DNA of 64,000 nt from Bacillota bacterium (lineage in GTDB: Bacteria; Bacillota; Clostridia; Christensenellales; SZUA-584): NCBI GenBank assembly GCA_023399095.1, contig JAEWQS010000134.1, forward strand, positions 24,399 to 88,398, in the 5' to 3' direction. The stretch's first letter is position 1, and the number at the start of each line of letters is the position of its first letter. The notes beneath the pieces were generated by a model. The model was not told the origin of the DNA. It was given only the letters and a program-made list of their open reading frames with translations, and made no database searches. The position numbers and the translations under genes are program-made. This document shows, in pieces, positions 33,247 to 42,610 of the stretch.

Positions 33247-34014
33247 TCAGTTCACCTCCGCTTCAGCGAGTACAGCGCCAGGTATGTACTGCGGCACACC
33301 CTGACCACGAGCGACGAAAGCAAGATGGATGATGCTCTGATTCTCCAGTTCCGCCAGCAGTACTGCCTGCTCCGGCGCAGCGTAGAACGAGATGGTGACA
33401 GGCAGGGTATTTTTCACGTTCGCGCTGGGCTGAGCTTCAACACTGGCATCTGAACCGTCGCTGGCCGTTACCATGCACACCTCGATGTACTGCAATTCGG
33501 GGTAGATAATTGCGCCAGCCAGATCAACTTCACCCGTTTCTGGTTCTACGCCCAGCGATTGATTGACGGAGCTTTTGGGCAGCGCCATGATCGTTACCAC
33601 ATCGCCGGGCAGCAGATGTCCGGATACTCCCGAGGCTAGTGTGGGCAGCGTGATTGACACCACTGTCTTGCCCTTTGCTGTACCAGCCGGGAAAGAAGAC
33701 TGATTTGCGACAAAGCCTGTGATCTTCTGCACGGTTAAACAATCTCCAGCGTATAGATCGGCAGTAGCATATCTACCCACCGCCAATGCAGTTTCACTGA
33801 TACCACCCTCGATGAGTTTTTCCGGCACTTTCACTGTCTCCAGCATTTCACCGGTGATCTGGGTTCCGGCCTCTATGTTCTGTTTGACACGGACAACGCT
33901 GACATACTCGCCTTGATTGCTGCTCTGCAATGCCGGCAAAGCAAAAAAGACGATGAGTAGTGCTGTGATGATGCAGAGTATCCCGATAACATATCTGTTT
34001 TTGAATAACTTCAT
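33247..34014 (-). CDS. cpaB: CpaB/RcpC-like SAF-domain pilus assembly protein
   Basis: The protein is 255 aa with an N-terminal TM anchor. It has a SAF-like segment VVRVKQNIEAGTQITGEMLETVKVP...AVGRYATADLYAGDCL. Confidence 0.7.
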   Translation of the reverse strand: MKLFKNRYVIGILCIITALLIVFFALPALQSSNQGEYVSVVRVKQNIEAGTQITGEMLETVKVPEKLIEGGISETALAVGRYATADLYAGDCLTVQKITGFVANQSSFPAGTAKGKTVVSITLPTLASGVSGHLLPGDVVTIMALPKSSVNQSLGVEPETGEVDLAGAIIYPELQYIEVCMVTASDGSDASVEAQPSANVKNTLPVTISFYAAPEQAVLLAELENQSIIHLAFVARGQGVPQYIPGAVLAEAEVN

Positions 34015-34175
34015 ATAGTTTTACCTCCTGATTGATTTTAGTTAATTTCTTTTTTCCGGCTGGTATTTCGGCTGGTAACTAGGGTTGGGGGTCTGGGGGA
34101 AGGGAAATGCAGTATTGCCCAAATCAGAAAAATTCACAGACTACCCCCTTGGTGTAGCCTTACCTGCTTTTTTGG

Positions 34176-34376
34176 CTAGGTATCAAAAACGATGCATTTT
34201 TCCTGCTTGCATTGTTTACGCCTCGAGTCATAAAACAGGCAATCAGGACAGTTGCGTTTTTGTATTGTCGGGTCGCGCAGTTGATTGGACTCAGATTTCC
34301 GCAGAATTCTAGGCGGTCTTGGAACCTCCGTCATCATGCGCTCAAACGAGCTGAGTTCACCTTCTGTAAACAGCAT
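34176..34376 (-). CDS. cysteine-rich small ICE protein (Cys-rich VLP-like)
   Basis: The protein is 66 aa from ATG 34376, with AAAGGAG upstream. It contains CPDCLFYDSRRKQCKQEKC. I trimmed it from track start 34454. Confidence 0.5.
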   Translation of the reverse strand: MLFTEGELSSFERMMTEVPRPPRILRKSESNQLRDPTIQKRNCPDCLFYDSRRKQCKQEKCIVFDT

Positions 34377-34410
34377 CTTTATAAGTCTCCTTTCTGAAAA
34401 AACGGGCATA

Positions 34411-34442
34411 AAAAAACGCCCTTGCTTCATGAGCTTGGGCGT
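34411..34442 (-). terminator. hairpin + T-run terminator after parB fused to RBS module (copy M3)
   Basis: The minus strand reads ACGCCCaagctcatgaagcaaGGGCGTTTTTTTATGCCCGTTTTTTCAGAAAGGAG followed by ATG at 34376. Confidence 0.5.
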
Positions 34443-34443
34443 C

Positions 34444-35391
34444 TCAGCGTTCATATTCTTTTTCCTGCTTCGTTCGTTCTATTTTTTTGTAGTACAGGTC
34501 GAGCGCTTTGATAATAATATCCTCCTTTTGCTTGGTCGTGTATTCTTTGGGAAAGTATTTTTCGAGTTGGCTTCCTTTGATCGTCAAGTTGTTCTGTTGG
34601 GGTTTTTCCTCACCCATGACCAACTCAATACCGTTACGATCCAGCTTGCCTTCCTGCGCAGCCTGTTTCATCCGTTGCGCCTGTGAAAGCGACGGAGTAC
34701 ATTCCTCCTGCTCAATCACATCCAGCAACTCGGTCTGAAGCTCCTGCGGCAGGTATGAAAGCTCCACAGCGGGATTAAAAGCAATCTTCTTATCGTCCAC
34801 CATCTGGAGCAAGGGTGGAGTGAGTTCAGTAAGGCGGATAAAGCGGTGAATATTGCGGGCACTATCGTTACTCTTTTCGCTTAGCATTTCAACACTCGTC
34901 AACTTCTCGCCAACTTGGCGAGAAGTTAGGTCTGTTCGTTTTCCTTGGCGATTTAGCGCCTCCAACTTCATCCTATATGCCTTGGCCTTTTCACTGAATG
35001 TAATTGTTTCGCGCTGGATGTTACCGTCCACCACCAATATTGTAGCTGCGTCGTCGTCAATCTCTCTGACAATAAGGGGAAGGGTATCACGACCTGCCAG
35101 TGTACTGGCCAGTTTGCGCCGATGTCCCGAGAGTAGTTCATATCCACCTTCTGCCCGTGGCCGAGCAAGGCAGGGCGTATGGACGCCGATCCGCTGGATA
35201 CTCTCCACCATATCCATGAGCTCCGCATCCTTCCGAACGTGATAGGGGTTTTTTGCGAAGTCAAATATCTCTGAAATAGGCACGCTTAAGACTTGTTCGC
35301 CCTGTTGCTGCCGCTCCGCCTGTCGGCTTTCCTCGCTGCTAAACAAGTCATCGACTGATGTCAGCTTCTTGTTTCTCACGTTGCTTGCCAC
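34444..35391 (-). CDS. parB: ParB/Spo0J-family partition protein
   Basis: The protein is 315 aa with the ParB box GGYELLSGHRRKLAS and an HTH region. It overlaps the end of parA. Confidence 0.85.
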   Translation of the reverse strand: MASNVRNKKLTSVDDLFSSEESRQAERQQQGEQVLSVPISEIFDFAKNPYHVRKDAELMDMVESIQRIGVHTPCLARPRAEGGYELLSGHRRKLASTLAGRDTLPLIVREIDDDAATILVVDGNIQRETITFSEKAKAYRMKLEALNRQGKRTDLTSRQVGEKLTSVEMLSEKSNDSARNIHRFIRLTELTPPLLQMVDDKKIAFNPAVELSYLPQELQTELLDVIEQEECTPSLSQAQRMKQAAQEGKLDRNGIELVMGEEKPQQNNLTIKGSQLEKYFPKEYTTKQKEDIIIKALDLYYKKIERTKQEKEYER

Positions 35392-36166
35392 CGTTTAATA
35401 CCTCCTTCGTCAGAGCTTCATATGCCGCAGCCGCCTTACCATGCCCGTCATATGCGTAAATACTTTTTCCTTCCGCGCTCGTTTCTGCCGCTTTGATGGC
35501 AAGGGGTATTTCCGTTTTGAATACGCGAAGCTTGTCCCCGTAATCCCGCCGCAGTACGAAGGAGATGTCCTTGGCGAAATTAGTTCGAGTGTCCACCATA
35601 GTCAGTAGCGCGCCTTCTATCTTCAAGTTGGGGTTAATGTTCTTTTTGATGCGATTGATAGTCTGCAAAAGCTGTGACATGCCCTTCGCGGGCAGATAGT
35701 GCGCCTGTACAGGGATAATGACGCTATCGGCAGCAACAAGCGCGTTGACGGTGATCATTCCAAGCGAGGGCATACAGTCGATGAGAATAAAGTCGTAATC
35801 TTTCTTCACTCCGTTGAGATAGTTACGCAGCACGATCTCACGGCTCATGGTATTTACTAACGATACTTCCATTGCGGACAGCTCGATGTTGGCCGGCATG
35901 AGATCAATGCCTTCTGCATGGTGAAGAATGCCCTCGTTGTGTTCAAAGGGCTCGTCCATGATGATCTTGGTCATGATGGTGGCGAGTGTAACAGACAGTT
36001 TGTCCGGCTCGTTCCAACCAAGGCTGTCCGTAAGGTTGCCCTGTGCGTCGGCATCTACTAGCAACACCTTTTTACCTTGCCGCGCTAACCCTATGCCGAG
36101 GTTAACGGCGGTTGTCGTTTTCCCTACGCCGCCTTTTTGGTTGGCGAGGGCGATAACTTTTGTCAT
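35348..36166 (-). CDS. parA: ParA/Soj-family ATPase
   Basis: The protein is 272 aa with the deviant Walker A NQKGGVGKTTT. It also has LLVDADAQGN and ILIDCMPSLG. Confidence 0.9.
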   Translation of the reverse strand: MTKVIALANQKGGVGKTTTAVNLGIGLARQGKKVLLVDADAQGNLTDSLGWNEPDKLSVTLATIMTKIIMDEPFEHNEGILHHAEGIDLMPANIELSAMEVSLVNTMSREIVLRNYLNGVKKDYDFILIDCMPSLGMITVNALVAADSVIIPVQAHYLPAKGMSQLLQTINRIKKNINPNLKIEGALLTMVDTRTNFAKDISFVLRRDYGDKLRVFKTEIPLAIKAAETSAEGKSIYAYDGHGKAAAAYEALTKEVLNGGKQREKQEADISR

Positions 36167-36272
36167 ATTGAATTCCTCCTTTATATATTTGCGTTTATTG
36201 GCTTGTTTGAGTAAAAAAATAGACGTTTCGTATTTTGAAACATCTACAACTTTGATGATTTGCTAAATATGT

Positions 36273-36836
36273 TTACTCGTTAAGTGAAGGTCTCTCTTTA
36301 ATCAGCTTTCCGTTTTGATCTAGTTCATAGTAATTATCGTAGAAATCATATAATTGAATTGTATCTCCAATAATCGTAAATGATTTATCAGCCCCGCTCT
36401 GCCTTACAAATATATCCCTCCCACTAAATCGCCATTCAATATCATAGTCTCTATTGAGTTTAACTATTTCACATTCGCCGTGAATGACATAGGCATCATC
36501 AAACGGATAAATCCCGAAATATGTACAAAATTGATCGTAATGCTTTTGAAGTATTAAATTCCCCGTATTTATATTGAAAACGTATAGAATATCGTCCATT
36601 AATACAACAAGCCTATCATTATCGAGGATAGCGCAATGGTCAAGTTGAGCAAAACAATAGTTTATAAGCAAGTAACAATATGTTTTTGTACCCAAAATAG
36701 TTACAGAAAAAGCTCGCCGTAATTCTTCATAGCTAGGCTCGGTTTCAAAAACAGCATCATATTGATTTTCGTTGATTTTTGCCAAAGCCGTAACGTCAGT
36801 TATATATACCTCAGCAATAGAATTTCTAATGATCAT
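36273..36836 (-). CDS. 187-aa hypothetical protein (beta-rich, repeat-like)
   Basis: This is an AT-rich ORF with RBS GGAG. It lies directly downstream of the EcsC-like gene. I recognise no motif. Confidence 0.45.
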   Translation of the reverse strand: MIIRNSIAEVYITDVTALAKINENQYDAVFETEPSYEELRRAFSVTILGTKTYCYLLINYCFAQLDHCAILDNDRLVVLMDDILYVFNINTGNLILQKHYDQFCTYFGIYPFDDAYVIHGECEIVKLNRDYDIEWRFSGRDIFVRQSGADKSFTIIGDTIQLYDFYDNYYELDQNGKLIKERPSLNE

Positions 36837-36909
36837 AGCCGGTCTCCGTAACCATGAAGGGGGTGCTGTTTGGTCTTTGTATAATGACGATGAAATATTA
36901 CTTTTCGTG

Positions 36910-37926
36910 TTATACCAATACTATATCGCCGTCATCAAACGGGTCGCCACATTCCGGACAGAACTTTGGTGGTTTTGTCTTATCATCCGGTTCCCAACCG
37001 CACTTATCACATTTGTATTGCGGTATCCCGGCGGGCTTTGCTATACCACACTCAGGGCAGAATTTACCTTTGTTCTCCGCACCACAAGTACACACCCAGC
37101 AGTCTGTCGCAGCCTCCTCAATCACTACTTCAACAATTTCGCTATCTATGTCTGAACCTTCCGCATCGATGACAATAGCGGCTTCGTATTTAGCAAACTC
37201 TTCTGGCGACATATGAGCCATTGTTGAGAGATGTTTCTTGAGTTTGTGTGCCATTGGCTTAAACGTTGCCAGCGTGAGTCCCCCTGAGATGACCCCGCCA
37301 ACTACAGGAACAACTTTTGAAACACCCTTGGCAAATGTTGCCTTAACCATGTTTTTGCCCAGCAATTCCGCAATTTTCTTGACAATTGGATAGTACCACG
37401 TTTTGGTGAGTGCTTTGGCGGCAATCTTTTTTGCAACAGATTTCATTGCTACTTCACCAAACAACTTGCCTACCACTTTGTTGGCGGCTCCTACACCGGA
37501 CATTACGCCGATAAACAATACAAGTTGAGACTCCGTGCCCGCATCAAGCGCAGACGATTCGGTAAACATCTCGTCCCATCCGTATATGTATGCCAGCTCT
37601 TGCGCAGTACGGATAACAAATGCATAGAACTGCGCCAAGTCAGCCGGAATAGTAGCAGCCATAGCAATTCCGCCTGGTATTCCTGCAGCTGCTGAAATGG
37701 CAGTTACCTTGATGGTTTCTGCGTTAATAACAGCGTTTGCCAGACTATCCAATGTTGCAATCGGGATGTCGGCTTGAAGCGTTCCCTCACTGATAGCCTT
37801 TTGCAGCTGCGATGGTGTACACAGCTTGTTGAGATTCTTGGTCAGAAACTCCGTACGGTTGATGCGAACAAGCGGAAGTTTTGCCGCGCTCTCCATGACG
37901 GAGGTGAATGATAGTTGCTGAGTCAT
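36910..37926 (-). CDS. EcsC-family domain protein with C-terminal double zinc-ribbon
   Basis: The protein is 338 aa. The segment AAAGIPGGIAMAATIPADLAQFYAFVIRTAQELAYIYGW is EcsC-like. The C-terminus CWVCTCGAENKGKFCPECG...YKCDKCGW...KFCPECGDPF forms two zinc ribbons. Confidence 0.6.
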   Translation of the reverse strand: MTQQLSFTSVMESAAKLPLVRINRTEFLTKNLNKLCTPSQLQKAISEGTLQADIPIATLDSLANAVINAETIKVTAISAAAGIPGGIAMAATIPADLAQFYAFVIRTAQELAYIYGWDEMFTESSALDAGTESQLVLFIGVMSGVGAANKVVGKLFGEVAMKSVAKKIAAKALTKTWYYPIVKKIAELLGKNMVKATFAKGVSKVVPVVGGVISGGLTLATFKPMAHKLKKHLSTMAHMSPEEFAKYEAAIVIDAEGSDIDSEIVEVVIEEAATDCWVCTCGAENKGKFCPECGIAKPAGIPQYKCDKCGWEPDDKTKPPKFCPECGDPFDDGDIVLV

Positions 37927-38188
37927 AGGCCTCTCCTTACAATGTTTAATTGTATTTCCGCTTTTGGCTGTGCGGATAAAGATGTTTTCATTATTAGTTT
38001 CGTATTATTTACGAGAAATTTGGAATAATCGCATCCATATATTATCATAGACTATTGAAACATACCAATGTTTATTTTACATTAATCTTCCACGAACCTT
38101 AACTAACATTTCTTTAAGTGTGCTGACGCTTCAATATATCCAGCCATTTTTTTAGATTATAATAACCTTTATAAAAATCTTTAGGCGA

Positions 38189-38213
38189 GAAAGAAAGAGT
38201 CTTTGTCAGACTC
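38189..38213 (-). terminator. hairpin + T-rich tract after the lipoprotein gene
   Basis: The minus strand reads GAGTCTgacaaAGACTCTTTCTTTCT. The stem is 38197-38202 / 38208-38213. Confidence 0.45.
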
Positions 38214-38228
38214 AATCTTGTTGCAATT

Positions 38229-38726
38229 TTATTTCTTTTTGCTTGTTTGGCATATTACATAGATAATATCATTTTCTTTATCTAAGCTAACCTCTACCCA
38301 ATACTTTCCATCATTGGTATATGCGCCGAAATCGCTACTTCTTTTTTCATTTGTCTCATAAATAACGTCATTAAAGCCCATCTCTTTACATTCTGAGACA
38401 TACGACTCATATTCACCATCGGCATAGCCGGTAACCTCAAATATGTAAGCCTTTCCACCATCACCGTCAGTAATGCTAATGTCGCCATTTGCAAATATTA
38501 CTTTTGGATCTGGAATTAATTCCGAGTATTTAATATCGGAATTATCAGGACTATTAGTTGGGGTTTGAGATTCCATACGACCCGGCGTTACTGGAGCTGA
38601 GTTTGTGCTTGGAGTAGATACTGGAGCCGTGTTAAAGCTCGGAGCAGGAGCCGGTTCTACCTTAGCGGTGCAAGCTGTAGGTAGCAATAACACTAAAATT
38701 ACGACTAGACATAAACCTTTTTTCAT
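38229..38726 (-). CDS. lipoprotein of unknown function
   Basis: The protein is 165 aa. It has a signal peptide with lipobox LLLPTAC, followed by a Pro/Ser/Thr-rich linker. Confidence 0.65.
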   Translation of the reverse strand: MKKGLCLVVILVLLLPTACTAKVEPAPAPSFNTAPVSTPSTNSAPVTPGRMESQTPTNSPDNSDIKYSELIPDPKVIFANGDISITDGDGGKAYIFEVTGYADGEYESYVSECKEMGFNDVIYETNEKRSSDFGAYTNDGKYWVEVSLDKENDIIYVICQTSKKK

Positions 38727-39154
38727 TTTCTTTCTCCTTCATAAAATGTTTTTGGTGTTTTCCATATAAGATCATGTAAATTTCGCGAATACACTTTATT
38801 TTTTGCCATGTTTTGATGTCCATGGCATATCCATATCGTATTTATTTTATAACAAAGAACTATCGTCCCTTGTTTTTGACTTAATATCATATGATTCCAG
38901 CAACTATTGATTTTTTTTGCGTTTATAAATAAAAAGCGAATACAACTTGTTCATGCTGCATTCGCTCCAATTTTCATTTTCATTTTACCGGCCAATTGCC
39001 CTAATATTGACGTGTGGTAATGCTTTGAGCATTCGTTCCTTTTCGAATAGTAAATGTTTTAATCTATCCCTTGATACCTTGTAATGTGTAAGCTGATAAA
39101 TATGCAAAATGGAAGCTAATCCTTTGTCAGGCGCTCCCATTTGTGCGGATATTG

Positions 39155-39515
39155 TGGTGGAGGCGAGGGGAGTCGAACCCCTGTCCGAAAGTTCCAAAAT
39201 CAGACTTTCTCCGGGTGCAGCTCAGGGTTTAAAATTTCCCGCATTCGCAAGCCCCCCTGTGCAGGGCAAGCGCGCGGTAGCTTCATGATCCCTTCCCTCG
39301 CTCAAAGCTTTGCGTGGGCGGTTCCCCTAATTAATGGTGCCTTGACCCGTCGCTTAGGGAGACGTCGGCAAGACATACACTGCCTTAGGCAGCGTAAGCT
39401 AGTTCAGTTTTATCTGCAACTAAAATTTAGATCCGGCTTTTTAACGCAGCACTCCGGAACTGCGACCCGCTTATCCAACTCCGACAAACCCCCGTCGAAA
39501 GCCAAATACGCCCCC
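39155..39515 (-). ncRNA. ssrA: tmRNA (SsrA)
   Basis: The minus-strand 5' end is GGGGGCGTATTTGGCTTTCGACGGGGG. The 3' end is GGACAGGGGTTCGACTCCCCTCGCCTCCACCA (tRNA-Ala-like acceptor and T-arm). The candidate tag frame GCA GAT AAA ACT GAA CTA GCT TAC GCT GCC TAA encodes ADKTELAYAA (39417-39385). It sits directly downstream of smpB. Confidence 0.92.
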
Positions 39516-39558
39516 ACGGTGAAGTCCCCTTTATGGAGACTAAATCTTTGCCGATCTT

Positions 39559-40017
39559 CTATCTGGCCAGCTTGGTGGCCACTTCCTTTTTCCTCTGAGC
39601 GTCTCGCTCAGCGATGCTTTGGCGCTTGTCATACAGCTTTTTGCCGCGTGCCACACCGATTTCCAGCTTCACAAGGCCGTTTTTTAAGTAAACGGCCAAC
39701 GGCACGAGCGTCAGACCCTTCTGCGTTACAATGCTGTGCAGCTTTACAATCTCGCGCTTATGCAGCAACAGCTTGCGAATGCGCATAGGGTCCTCGTTAT
39801 AGATGCTGCCCTTCTCATACGGGCTGATGTGCATGCCGTGAATGGATGCCTGCCCATTCAGTATACGCACAAACGCTTCTCTTATGTTCGCCTTACCGGC
39901 GCGAATGGACTTCACTTCGCTGCCGACCAGCGCAACCCCTGCTTCATATGTCTCTTCTATAAAGTATTCATGATAAGCTTTTTTATTCTTTATCAGAATC
40001 TTGACCCCGTCGCTCAC
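39559..40017 (-). CDS. smpB: SsrA-binding protein SmpB
   Basis: The protein is 152 aa. The sequence [32 protein letters not shown]...LLLHKREI is the canonical SmpB pattern. Confidence 0.95.
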   Translation of the reverse strand: MSDGVKILIKNKKAYHEYFIEETYEAGVALVGSEVKSIRAGKANIREAFVRILNGQASIHGMHISPYEKGSIYNEDPMRIRKLLLHKREIVKLHSIVTQKGLTLVPLAVYLKNGLVKLEIGVARGKKLYDKRQSIAERDAQRKKEVATKLAR

Positions 40018-40039
40018 AAAACAACCTCTCCACTTGCTC

Positions 40040-42109
40040 TTAAAGTACCGGTGTAAACTCGATACGCGGCGGATACACGCTTACGCTCTCCACACGCACG
40101 CGCATTTCATCGCCCATACTCAGCTTTCGCCTTGTCCTTTCACCGATTACACAGTACAGTTTTTCATTGTAAACATAGTAATCATCTTGCAGGGATGATA
40201 ATGGTATCACACCCTCCACCGTATTGTCAAGCTGTACAAATATGACATTCCTTGACACACCGCTGATGATTCCATCGAATTCCTGACCCTCTTTGCCATA
40301 CATATACTCGGCTTTTTTCATATCATCTACCGCGCGCTCCGCTTCCATCGCCGCACGTTCGCGCAGGCTGGATTGCCTTGCAGCTTCCTCAACCTTGGCG
40401 GCAAGTGCGTCCATCGCTTTGGCAGTCAGACGCCCATTCAAATCACGCTTGATGATGCGGTGCACCGCCAGATCGGGGTACCGCCGTATCGGCGACGTAA
40501 AGTGACAGTAGTACTGAAAGCTGAGACCAAAATGGCCTTTGCATTCGGGGCAGTATTCCGCTTTCCTGAGTGAACGCAGCATGATCTGGTTAATGATGTT
40601 TTCATGCGGCTTTCCTTTGACGTCTTCAAGGATGCTTTGCAGCGTTTTGGGTCGAATATTTTCAATCTTACCCTTGAAACTCCCAAAATTCTGGTAGAAT
40701 GCGGCAAATGTGCGCATCTTCTCCTCGTCAGGCTGATCGTGGACGCGGTACACAAACGGGATGTCCCGCCAAAAATACATTTCGGCGACCGATTTATTGG
40801 CCACAAGCATAAACTCCTCGATGAGCCTTTCCGCTTCTCCGCGCACGCGCGGCTCCACACCGATCACACGCCCTTCCGCGTCGTACCTAAACGCCGTTTC
40901 ATCGAGCTCAAAATCAATGCTGCCCTTCTCTTCACGGCGCGCCCGCAGCAGTGTCGCAAGTCCTCTCATTTCGAGCAAATCTGAGAGTATATCCGCGTAT
41001 TCGCGCTCCAGCTCGTCATGGCCGCCGTCAAATATCTTATTGACGTCGCTGTAGGTGAGCCTGTGCTTAGAGCAGATCACCGTCTGCGCGACGCGTGCCT
41101 CATAGATGTTGCCATTCACATCAAGCTTCATGAAGCACGAAAGCGCCAGCTTGTCGGTGCCCTCAGACAGCGAACATGCGCCGTTAGACAACGCTTTTGG
41201 AAGCATGGGAATCACGGTATCCGCCAGATAAACGCTTGTGCCGCGCTTAAACGCTTCCTTGTCGAGCTTCGAGCCTTCCTTGACATACTGCGCCACATCC
41301 GCAATGTGCACACCTAGCTCAAATCCGTCACCCAGCTTCTTGATGGACACTGCATCGTCTAAATCCTTGGCATCTGCGCCGTCTATGGTAAACACATTCA
41401 TTCCCCGCAGATCCTCACGATCCGTCGCGTCTATGATATAGCCTGCCGATCGTGCCGCCTCGGCCTCCACATCTGCCGGAAATGCTTCGGGCAAGTCATA
41501 CTGACGAATCAGGCTTTTTAGTTCGACGCTCGCCACACCGGCTGTACCCAGAACCTCAGTGATTCGCCCTTCAGGGCTTTTGCCATCCTTGCCCCTTTTG
41601 GTGATCTCAACAACCACCTTTTGGTTATTGCTCGCGCCGCTTAAGTCCTTGCGCGATATAAACACCTCATCGATGCGCTCATCATCGGGAGACAGATAAC
41701 GTCCTGTTAGCGTTCCGACCACGACTTTTGTTTTTTCTTCGATGATCTCCTTGACTTCGCCCTCACGTTTTCTTTCTGTCTCGGCCGCGGAAAGCAACCT
41801 CACCAGCACGAGGTCACCGTTTAATGCGCCGCCTTTCTTATCCGCCGGAATAAATATGTCTCCTTGCTCATTGAGCAAAAAACCGAATCCGGACCGTTTT
41901 ACATCGAGGCGGCCCGTAAAAAAACCAAACTGCCCTGGCAAGAAAAACTTGCCCTTGAGCGAACGGATGACCTTACCCTCAGAAATTAGCTCACTCACAG
42001 CCTGCCTGCATTCCGCAGGGTCGGCGGATAGGCTTTTAATCAAATCATCAAAGTCTATCTTCTTTCCAGCCGTATTCAACTCATTTATGATTAAATCCTT
42101 TAATTCCAA
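40040..42109 (-). CDS. rnr: Ribonuclease R
   Basis: The protein is 689 aa. It has an RNB domain ([16 protein letters not shown]) and a C-terminal S1 domain. Synteny with smpB-ssrA supports the call. Confidence 0.92.
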   Translation of the reverse strand: MELKDLIINELNTAGKKIDFDDLIKSLSADPAECRQAVSELISEGKVIRSLKGKFFLPGQFGFFTGRLDVKRSGFGFLLNEQGDIFIPADKKGGALNGDLVLVRLLSAAETERKREGEVKEIIEEKTKVVVGTLTGRYLSPDDERIDEVFISRKDLSGASNNQKVVVEITKRGKDGKSPEGRITEVLGTAGVASVELKSLIRQYDLPEAFPADVEAEAARSAGYIIDATDREDLRGMNVFTIDGADAKDLDDAVSIKKLGDGFELGVHIADVAQYVKEGSKLDKEAFKRGTSVYLADTVIPMLPKALSNGACSLSEGTDKLALSCFMKLDVNGNIYEARVAQTVICSKHRLTYSDVNKIFDGGHDELEREYADILSDLLEMRGLATLLRARREEKGSIDFELDETAFRYDAEGRVIGVEPRVRGEAERLIEEFMLVANKSVAEMYFWRDIPFVYRVHDQPDEEKMRTFAAFYQNFGSFKGKIENIRPKTLQSILEDVKGKPHENIINQIMLRSLRKAEYCPECKGHFGLSFQYYCHFTSPIRRYPDLAVHRIIKRDLNGRLTAKAMDALAAKVEEAARQSSLRERAAMEAERAVDDMKKAEYMYGKEGQEFDGIISGVSRNVIFVQLDNTVEGVIPLSSLQDDYYVYNEKLYCVIGERTRRKLSMGDEMRVRVESVSVYPPRIEFTPVL

Positions 42110-42244
42110 ATCAATCTCCTCATATTTCTCATATTAAACTCATTTATTATCATACCCAAAAACGCTGCATTCTTTGATGCTTTCAACTAAAAAACGCCTT
42201 TCCGTAAATTTGGAAAGGCGTCATAAGAGCTAAATTGCCAAATG

Positions 42245-42610
42245 CTACTCCGCAGGCGATACTGTCGGCGCTGCATCAGCATCACCGGCTTGATCGGTCG
42301 TATCCACTTGCGCCGTCGGCGTCGCCGTGGGCGCGGCATCCGTTGTGCCGGTGTTATTCGGCATCACATACACCTGAATCAACACGAGCGCAACAGCCAG
42401 CACCATGATACCGACAGCGGCCACCTTCGTTAGTTTCTTCAGCTTTCCTTCATAGCTCTTCGCTTTGCCTTTTCCAAGGAATGTCTCTGCGCCGCCCGCG
42501 ATATCGCCTGACAACCCGGCACTCTTGCCGGACTGCAGCAGCACCACAGCGATCATGAACAAAGAGAACAAACAAAGGACTATCTCGATGACAAGCACTA
42601 AAATGGCCAT
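42245..42610 (-). CDS. secG: preprotein translocase subunit SecG with a T/A/P-rich C-terminal extension
   Basis: The protein is 121 aa with LLQSGKSAGLSG..GG motifs and two TM helices. A promoter-like TTGCTT-N17-TAGAAT lies upstream at about 42650-42680. Confidence 0.8.
   Translation of the reverse strand: MAILVLVIEIVLCLFSLFMIAVVLLQSGKSAGLSGDIAGGAETFLGKGKAKSYEGKLKKLTKVAAVGIMVLAVALVLIQVYVMPNNTGTTDAAPTATPTAQVDTTDQAGDADAAPTVSPAE

Larger units (their letters stand above)
1..39154. mobile_element. Genomic island abutting the 3' end of ssrA. Positions 1-36166 are the backbone of a Firmicutes-type integrative conjugative element. The left end is outside the window and the right boundary is unresolved (36167-39154).
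   Basis: There is a contiguous minus-strand run of conjugation genes: VirB6-like, Maff2, VirD4/TraG, PcfB, relaxase, MobC, DUF3991-Toprim, giant methylase-helicase and ParAB. It ends 3 kb from the CCA end of tmRNA, a classical island integration site. Base composition is mosaic, with visibly AT-rich inserts. No integrase or att repeat is seen in the window. Confidence 0.65.

Noticed and set aside
36225-36241. A parS-like inverted repeat GTTTCgtattttGAAAC upstream of parA.
   Set aside because: The half-sites resemble the parS ends (tGTTTCAC/GTGAAACa). They are only 5 bp long and are separated by 7 nt rather than abutting. This is too weak to call a centromere site.
38985-39197. A 70-aa minus-strand ORF overlapping the 3' end of tmRNA.
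   Set aside because: Its N-terminal part is a translation of the tmRNA acceptor and T-arm. It has no RBS. I considered a decayed integrase fragment at the att site but cannot support it from the sequence.
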